Positions 55,990 to 64,000 of a DNA stretch of 64,000 nt are shown piece after piece. The stretch covers positions 57,908,001 through 57,972,000 of the forward strand of contig OX597825.1 in assembly GCA_951406725.2 (NCBI GenBank), written 5' to 3'. Within the stretch, counting starts at the first letter, position 1; each line of letters starts with the position of its first letter. The translations under genes were made by a program, and so were the position numbers. Under the pieces are notes generated by a model that was not told the DNA's origin, did no database searches, and worked only from the letters and a program-made list of their open reading frames with translations. Source of the DNA: Octopus vulgaris. Its lineage: Eukaryota.

Positions 55990-58460
55990 GAGAATTTATT
56001 TAAAAAAAACAAACAAAAGACGATGACGAGTGTGTAAACAAGAAACAGATGTATTAGTTTAACGCTCGGGAAGTGAGAAAGTCTTTTACGTTTTGAGCCT
56101 ACGCTCTTCCACAAAAAAGAAACACAGAAATAAACAGGGAGAGAAATTAGAAAAAGGTATAGTGGCTAGCGATCTATCATAGTGAATGCCGGACAAAGGG
56201 GTCACACAGGAGAGCTAGGGAGAAGGGGAGATAATAAAGTAGTAGTGATCCCAAAACGAAGGTGCGCGTGCGTGTGTGAGAGCGTGTATGAACTTGTGGA
56301 AGGGTGCTGGTGACATTGACGTGTCCTTGTGTGCATGTGTAGGTGTGTGGATAATGGTGTAGGTGCTGGGAAGTGGTTAGTGCTAGTGTGCGGGTAGGTG
56401 TGATGTGGTGAGGTGTGGTGTGGTTTGGTGGTGTGTGGTGTGGTGGTGTGTGGTCTGGTGGTGTTGGAGTGTGGGGGAGGCGAGAGTGGGGGAAGCAAAG
56501 GTGGGGGTCTAAGGGATGGGGTGGAGGTACGATGGGATGTATAGGGATAGTGAGGTTAGAATGTGTAGGGGTGGGGTAACGAGGGAGGAGTGATGATGAA
56601 GGGATAGGATGGAAGGGAGAAGGTAGGTAGGACTGAAGAGAGGAATTAGGTGCCAGAACAAGAGAGGAGAGGTGAGTGGGAAGAAGAAGGTGTGAGATGA
56701 AAAGAGGTGAGAGGAGGAGAGTTAGATGAAAAGGGAAGGCGGGATGAGCCCATGTGACGCAAAAGAGCGAAGAGAGATTAATCCCTGCTCACGGCGAAGA
56801 CGTGAGTCCGGATGGTCCCTGTGCAAGGACAATCCGAACACAGACAGGTGTTATAAAGAGTGACCGTTAAAGCAGAAATGGCGCGGGACCGGAGTGTCGT
56901 TTCCGAGTCGGATGTCTCGGAGATGTTCCGCGAACCGGTTAGCCAAGCGGCGTCCCGTTTGACCGATGTATAGAGAAGAACAGAGAGAACAGGAGATGCA
57001 GTAGATGACGTTGCTAGAAGTGCAGGTGAAGGATTTGGTGATATGATAGTGTCGATGACGGGTGCCGGTGAGGAGGGTGGTGTTGGAGAGGTTAGGTCAA
57101 ATGCGGCAGCGTGGGCGGAAGCAGAGGAGCGAGCTGGGTTGGGAGGTTGAGTTAGGGAAGCGGCTGTGGACCAGAAGGTCTCGTAGGTTGTGGGCTCGTT
57201 TGAAGGAGGGGTCGGTTAGGGAAGATGTGCGAAGTGGAGGCATCGGACTGGAGGTAGGGTGATGGCGGGGTAGGTGAGGGAAACGGGAGACGGGTGACGG
57301 AGGGGTGGGTGCGGGGGAGAGAGCATATGCATGGTCCACGGAACGTGTTCTGGCAAGGGCGGTGTGGATAGTAGTGATGGGATATCCACGTAGGATGAAG
57401 TGGCGAGCCATGAGTTGAGACTGAGTCTCAAAGTCATGGTTGTCACTGCAGAGTCTGCGTTGACGGAGGAATTTGGAATAGGGGATGGAGATCTTGATGT
57501 GTTTAGGGGGGATGAGGAGAATTTGAGGTGTGAGTGTGAGTCTGTGTGTTTGTAAAAATCACCTGCGAACGAGAAGCAGTTAAGTGATAGGAAAAGTTCG
57601 GCCAGACGAAGGAGTGTGGATGTGTCCGGTTGGGGGTTGGGTCGAAGGTCAAGGAAATGTTGGAGTGCACACAGCCCCTCGTGCTGAGGGAACACCGTGT
57701 ATATTAGACTCTTGATGTCAAGAATGAAGAGAAGTTTAGAGGAGCCAGGAGGGAAGGAAAAAGAGTTGAACAAACGAAGAGCATGGCTGGTGTCATGGAT
57801 GTGAGATGGGAGGGAAGCCACTAGGGACGCAAGGACACGGTCAAGATATCTGGAGATGAGTTCGGTGGGACAGTTGCAGTCGGAGACGATGGAGCGACCA
57901 GGGTTGTTAGATTTGTGGATTTTGGAGTGGAAGTGCGAGGGGTGCGGGCAATGAGGTTAGAGGCGGTGAGGAGGAGATGAGGTCATCGATAGAGAAGAAC
58001 ACAGTCTGTTGGTAGCTGGGCGTGGGGTTGGAGGGCAGAGGGTATTAGAAGGAGGTCACTTGAAGTTGGCGGAGAGCTTCCACCTTGTAGAGGTCCGTGC
58101 ACCACACTACCACGGCTCCACCTTTGTCGACCGGTTTTATGATGATGTCTGTGCGGCGTCAGAGACATCGAAGAGCCAAGAGTTTTGATGGAGAGATGTT
58201 CAGCTGTCAGGGACGCTTGGAAAATTCAAGCCGGTCCACAGCACGCTGGCAGGCGCCCGCAAAAAGATCGACTGCTTGGAACTGGCCAGGTGCTGGCGTC
58301 CACTGGGATGGTCGGCGGCCCAGGTCGGTGAAGCAGTCCTCCTCATTAGGTGCAGGTGAAGTGTCGTGGAAAAGCGCACACAACTTAACGCGGCGCACAA
58401 AGCTGTGGATATCGACACTATCCGAAATTCGTTGCTGGATGGAGTGAGGAGGATGAATAG
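55990..58460 (-). mobile_element. Penelope-like element (Neptune-type, RT plus GIY-YIG), internally deleted
   Basis: Motifs IIIKPVDKGGAVVVW, IHKSNNPGRSIVS, LFILDIKSL, RGYP, C.RPRCRIC and NVIYCISC..C..LYIGQTGR. Tail with a hammerhead-like motif at 56087-56111. Confidence 0.9.
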
Positions 58461-58461
58461 C

Positions 58462-59335
58462 ATATAGAACATCTTTTACTATGAGCGCTGTTTAGAAAAG
58501 TTTATATTTTCGAAGTTATTTCGTGTTAAAATTGTAGTATTTGGGTAATTTCAACCAATCAATGACGTCTATTGAGCTGAATAAAGTTACTACTTTTGTT
58601 TGTCAATAACAACTTCCAGCGGTGTATATTTCATTCGTCAGTGTTATTTATGACATATTTCATCCCAGTTACGTTCGCATGAAAAACGAGTGTATCTGAA
58701 GTACGTTTTTCTTCATGACACCACCATAATCGTTCATGCATTTCTACTGCTTTTAGGTTTTTTCCTGTTTTACAGCTACTATTTTCGGAAAGACTTTCTC
58801 CAATCCCCCCCCCCTCCAGACACACACACATTTTCTCGCAAATTATTGCTTTTTGCCAAAAGCGCAGCTTTTCGGATACAGAGATTCCGGAAAATTGCCA
58901 AAAATTGGAATTTTGAAATTTCCCTCCTTACTCATCCTCCTCCAATTTCTTCATTTTTCACTTTTTCCGTAACTCTAACCCTAAAACCCAACCCTAACAT
59001 TAAAACCCTAACCTAACCCTAACCCTAAAACCCTAAAGCTAAAACCAGTACAAACGCACGAACGATGTCATAAATAACAGCGACTAACGAAATATACACC
59101 TCCAATAGTTGTTGACAAACAACAGCAGTAATTTTATTCAGCTGAATACACGTCATTGATTGGTTGAAATTACCGAAATACGACAACTTTAACACGAAAG
59201 AACTTTGATAATAGAAACTTTTCTTAACAACGCTAAGAGTAAAAGATGTTCTATATAACACATTCTACCGGTATACGAAAGTGTTTAGTTAAAGAAAATT
59301 AATTAATCGAGCTACCCATGAAAAGGAAACGATCC
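58462..59335. mobile_element. Inverted-repeat non-autonomous element with internal degenerate (TAACCC)n
   Basis: 58462-58655 is approximately the reverse complement of 59066-59257. TAACCC-like array at 58970-59045. Related to the 43229-44467 termini. Confidence 0.65.
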
Positions 59336-59654
59336 GGTGTTTCTCTAAGTGAAGTGATTCGTCGCTGAGTAAACTTGAATGTTAGAATGGTTAAGGTAGC
59401 AAGTTGGGAAAGTCGTTAAAGCGATGATAAAACATTCCTAGAGGTAGTCTTCAAGGCTGCCTGCGTTCTAAATTCAAGTGTCGACGAGGTCAACGTTTCA
59501 TTGGTTGTTTCCGGAGTTGAAAAAATACCAGACTGGTACTGAATTCCCCCACCCCCCACCCCAATTCTCTCTCACCTCTATCTCCCTTCCCCTCTAGTCA
59601 GTCTTTCCTCGATGTTATATTTTTCATTCTCTTTCTTTTTTTTTGTCTGTACAA

Positions 59655-61108
59655 GACTTCGCGGCAGACGACTGTAAGGAGTGGCCATGGGAACGCGAAT
59701 GGGCCCCCAACTATGCGAACCTGTTCGTTGGCTATGTTGAGGCCCAAATATTCTCTAATTTCACTGGTCCCACTCCTGAACTATATGGTCGTTACATTGA
59801 CGACATTATCGGTGCCACCTCACTCTCCCGTGAACATCTAGATTCCTTCCTCTCTTTCGTCCAATCTTTCCATCCAGCCCTCCACTTCACTTCCACTATC
59901 TCCAACACCTCTGTCTCCTTCCTCGACATTTCGGTTAGCATTCTTCACTCCACTCTTACCACCTCCATTCACTACAAACACACAGACTCACACTCATACC
60001 TCAACTTCTCTTCCTCCCACCCAGAACACACCAAGCTTTCCATCCCCTATTCCCAATTCCTCCGTCTACGTAGGCTCTGTAGTGACGACCATGACTTTGA
60101 GACTCAGTCTCAACGTATGACTCACCACTTCACTCTACGTGGATACCCCCTCACCACTATCCACACCTCTTCCCTAACCGACCCCTCCCCTCTTTCAAAC
60201 GAGCCCACAACCTTCGAGACCTTTTGGTCCATAGCTCCTTCCCTGACCCTACCTCCCAACCCGGCTCGTTCCCCTGCTCCCGCCCACGTTGCCGCACTTG
60301 CCCTTACCTCTCCAACACCACCCTCCTCACTAGCACCCATCATCGACCCTATCCCATCATCCACTCCTTTACCTGCACCTCCAGCAATATTATCTATTGC
60401 GTCTCTTGCTCTCTCTGCCATTCCTTGTACATCGGACAAACGGGACGCCGCTTGGCTGACCGGTTCGCGGAACACCTTCGTGACATCCACCTTGCGAACG
60501 ACACCCCGGTCTCTCGCCATTTCCGCTCCACCGGTCACTCCTTGCAACACCTATCTGTGTTCGGTTTGTCCTTACACAGAGGCCATCCGGATTCCCGTTT
60601 GCGCCGTAAACAGGAATTAATCTTCTCTCTTCGCTCTTATACGCCATTTGGTCTCAACTCTCCCCCCTCCTCATCTAACCCCCCTCTCCCCCCTCCTCAC
60701 CTAACTTTCCCCCCGACCCCTACTTCTTCAGTCCTTCATCCTTTCACCCCTACTCCCCTTCCCTTCTTCCCTCTTTCTCCCTCCCTCCTTCCCTCTTCCC
60801 TTTCCCTCTGCTCCCTCACTCCCCTTCTCTCTCCCACTCTCCCTCTTTCCTCCTTCCTCCTCCCCTCCTCCTCTCCTTCCTTCTCCCCTCCTCTCTCTCC
60901 CCCTCCTTTCCTCCCCCTCTTCTCCCCCTCCCCCTATTCTCCTCTCTCCACACTACACAACACGCCTTTACACATCACATCATATATGATGTGCCATACT
61001 AATACATACACCAACTAATACGTACTAATACATACTAATACATACTAATACATACACCAACCCTATACATACACACGTCCAGACCTCTCATACGCACTAA
61101 TACTCCCT

Positions 61109-61145
<37 letters not shown>

Positions 61146-61553
61146 ATACATACTAATACACACACCAACCCTATACATACACACGTCCAGACCTTCATAC
61201 GCACTAATACTCTCTCATACACACACACACACACACACCCTTATGTTGGAGCTGGTCACTCAACCCTATTATCAACCCTATTATCTCCCCTTATTTCGCT
61301 CTCGCGTCTCATGTTTGATCTTTGACCTCTGGCCGAAATCAGATCGCCATGTTGGTTCGTTAGTTACTGCACGCATTTTTTTCTCTCCTTCTTTCTGTGT
61401 TTTTTTCTCTCTGTGTATCTTTCTGTTGAAGAGCGTAGGCTCGAAACGTTAAAGTCTTGTTTTATTTATATTTCCTGAGCGCCATACTAATACAATTGTT
61501 TGTTTGTTTTCCACCTGCCTTCGTCTTTTGTCTATTTTCATAAAGCTTCCTGT

Positions 61554-61555
<2 letters not shown>
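59655..61555 (+). mobile_element. 5'-truncated Penelope-like element (Neptune-type)
   Basis: Motifs GVAMGTRMGP, NYANLFVG, RYIDD, FLDI, RGYP, CSRPRCRTC and NIIYCVSC..C..LYIGQTGRRLADRFAEH. Tail TTGAAGAGCGTAGGCTCGAAACGTT at 61426-61450, ending in (TA)n. Confidence 0.92.
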
Positions 61556-61638
<83 letters not shown>

Positions 61639-61817
61639 ATGTGTGTGTGTATGTGTGTACACACTTATACACATATGTGCTCATATATTTACACTATATA
61701 TATGTGTGTGTCTGTGTGTGTATATATATATACATATATATATATATAAATAATTACATACATACATACAGACACACTCACATAACCACACAGTCAGGCA
61801 TATATATATATGTATAC

Positions 61818-61909
<92 letters not shown>

Positions 61910-62469
61910 TTGTGTGTGTGCATGTGTGTGTATGTGTCTCAGGTTTTATGGTCGTGCCTCAGCAGTCGCCAGAAGTTGAGAATAACTTTTGTTATATTTC
62001 GACGTAACTTGAGAAACTCTCTTATCAAAAGAGTAGTTTAACGTTGTTAATTATGGTAGTGGTGGCGGCGATTATGGTGGTAGAGGTGGTCTTGTGTGCG
62101 AGTGCGCGCGTGTGTGTGTGTACTGATGGTTGAAGTGATGTGAATGTGGTTGTGGTAGTGTCGATGGTGACTTCGGCGGGGTGATAATGGTGGCTGTGGT
62201 CGAGGTAGTGGTAGGGGTGATGTTGTGTGATAGTGATGGTGGTGTGGTGCTATGCATTATTGGTGGTAGTAATTGTAGAGGGGGTGGCCGTGGTGGTGAT
62301 GACAACGATGGTTATGTTGCTGTTATTCTTGCAGTTGTATGTAATGGTGGTGTTTGCAACAGAAACACTCAGTAAGCTGTAAAATGAGAGCTAGGATCAG
62401 CTGCTGTCTGACTAAGTTTAATATGTAGGTCTATATAACGAAAGAATTGTTCCAAAGCGAAATGACTTA

Positions 62470-62977
62470 CCGAAAATCCTCGAGTATATTCCGACTTTGA
62501 GTATAATACGCAGCAGATTTTTAGGGGGCTGTACCTCTGAAAAACCTAAACCTTGTCTATAATACGCACCCCTTCTCTAACTTGAGTCAAGGAGGTCTAT
62601 ATAATGACCTTGGTTTGTAAAACTGTATACGGTAACGTCCTTTATTATTATTGTATATATAACATAATGCAAACGTGTAGCTTTTTTGTGCATTTTGTTT
62701 GCAGAAAATAAAGATATCACAGTAATAACGTTTAATAAATGTTACTGCAAGTTATGGATGATTCTTTTATGACTTCATTGCTTTCAGGCTTAGCTTAAGG
62801 TATTTTCGAGACCGACATCACAAAATGCGTCTGAATAAAAATTGCCGGACAGCAAACAGAGACTCGGACATTGCTTAGAAAATATTTTTCATTTCTAACC
62901 TCGTATATAGTACACACAAGGGATTTTGACCTTCAAATTTTGGAGAAAAAATGGGGATTATACTCGAGGATTTACGG
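62470..62977. mobile_element. Tc1/mariner (pogo/Tc2-like) MITE
   Basis: TIR CCGAAAATCCTCGAGTATA / TATACTCGAGGATTTACGG with TA on both sides. Confidence 0.85.
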
Positions 62978-64000
62978 TACTTCACATATCACACTCTCTT
63001 CCGAACAACCATGGACACGAGACGACTTTATTGTCCAATAAACGTATACTTTAGATCTGATTTAGATTAGCTAATGATCATGATTACTGATATAATCAGA
63101 TTGTCTTACATGAAACTAATGTTTTAAAAGACATCAGGGAAGAGTAAACTATTTTCGTTGGTGATGAGAGAGTGTGGGGACAGAGGGGATGATGATTTTT
63201 ATGAGAATGAATCGAAGGCATCATTCTCCTCCTTTGTCTAGGTCGAAGGTATTGTTAGATGATTTGATAGACCCATGATATCATCAACCTACTTTCATAG
63301 GTCAATGGTGTATAAAACTCCTTTGATAGATCGAAGATATATCGTGAAGCATATGCATAGATTGGAGATATCGCCAATCGCTTTTTATGGAACATTGTAT
63401 TCAGTTCTAACTCCATTTGTACCACCACCGCCGCCGCCGACACCACCACCGCCGCCACAGAATAACAATGTTATCTCGCTATCTACTAGAAACAGTGCCG
63501 AAATCTCTCTGAAACACGCTTCTACGCTCTACGAAAAGGACATATTAAATAATCTGATTCTGAATTGCCTGTACACTGGAAAATGATGGGATGGTCACAG
63601 CCAGAATGCCTACAGTCATAGGTTTACTTCATCGTAACAAACAACAGCAACAACAACAACAATAACAGCGGTAGCAGCAGCAACAGCAGCAAAGTGGAAA
63701 TATTTCTGATCGCTCGATCCGCTAGAAATAGTAATCAAACCAATTTGCCCTCCAAATTACATATTCTATAGCATGAAAGAGAAAAAACACGTTGCAATGA
63801 TACGATTTTGATATACTACCCGTATATCTAAAATCAGGATGCTCATGGTTAGAATGTACTTCATCATAGGACTGGTCTTTGAACTGAGGTTAAACACCAA
63901 TAGCAACAACACATTCTGTGTGATTCAAAGATATTTATGAAACACAAAACAGTAAAATTGTTGTATGATATATTGTGACGGAAATATAACAATGAAGAAA

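Noticed and set aside
63255-63586. ORFs near the right end as the missing signal-peptide exon
   Set aside because: No convincing splice sites or signal peptide; the ORFs overlap a CCA/CCG microsatellite.

Overview
Repeat-rich, AT-rich eukaryotic DNA whose SINE, microsatellite and transposon content looks like an octopus (coleoid cephalopod) genome; the organism is inferred, not shown. Two spliced minus-strand host genes, invisible as single ORFs in the track, can be rebuilt by hand. (1) An intact six-coding-exon, 224-aa eukaryotic-type UreG (urease accessory, G3E P-loop GTPase) gene at 23446->11967. It keeps the GTPase motifs ([19 protein letters not shown]) but has lost the nickel-binding His (CPH->CPL), the His-rich N-terminus and the RKGGPG motif. 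Diverged direct segmental duplicates flank it (570-10910 and 26587-33009), and repeats inside the gene show CpG decay. (2) The 3' part of a single-pass membrane protein gene with EGF-like modules (55667/51814->37166), including a recently duplicated exon. The rest is mobile DNA: a full-length Tx1/L1-type LINE with an 18-bp TSD, several mariners, Penelope-like elements with minimal hammerhead-like tails, a palindromic tRNA-headed and hammerhead-tailed element, CORE- and Meta-type SINEs, MITEs, Helitron-like elements, hairpins, microsatellites and one 100-N gap.
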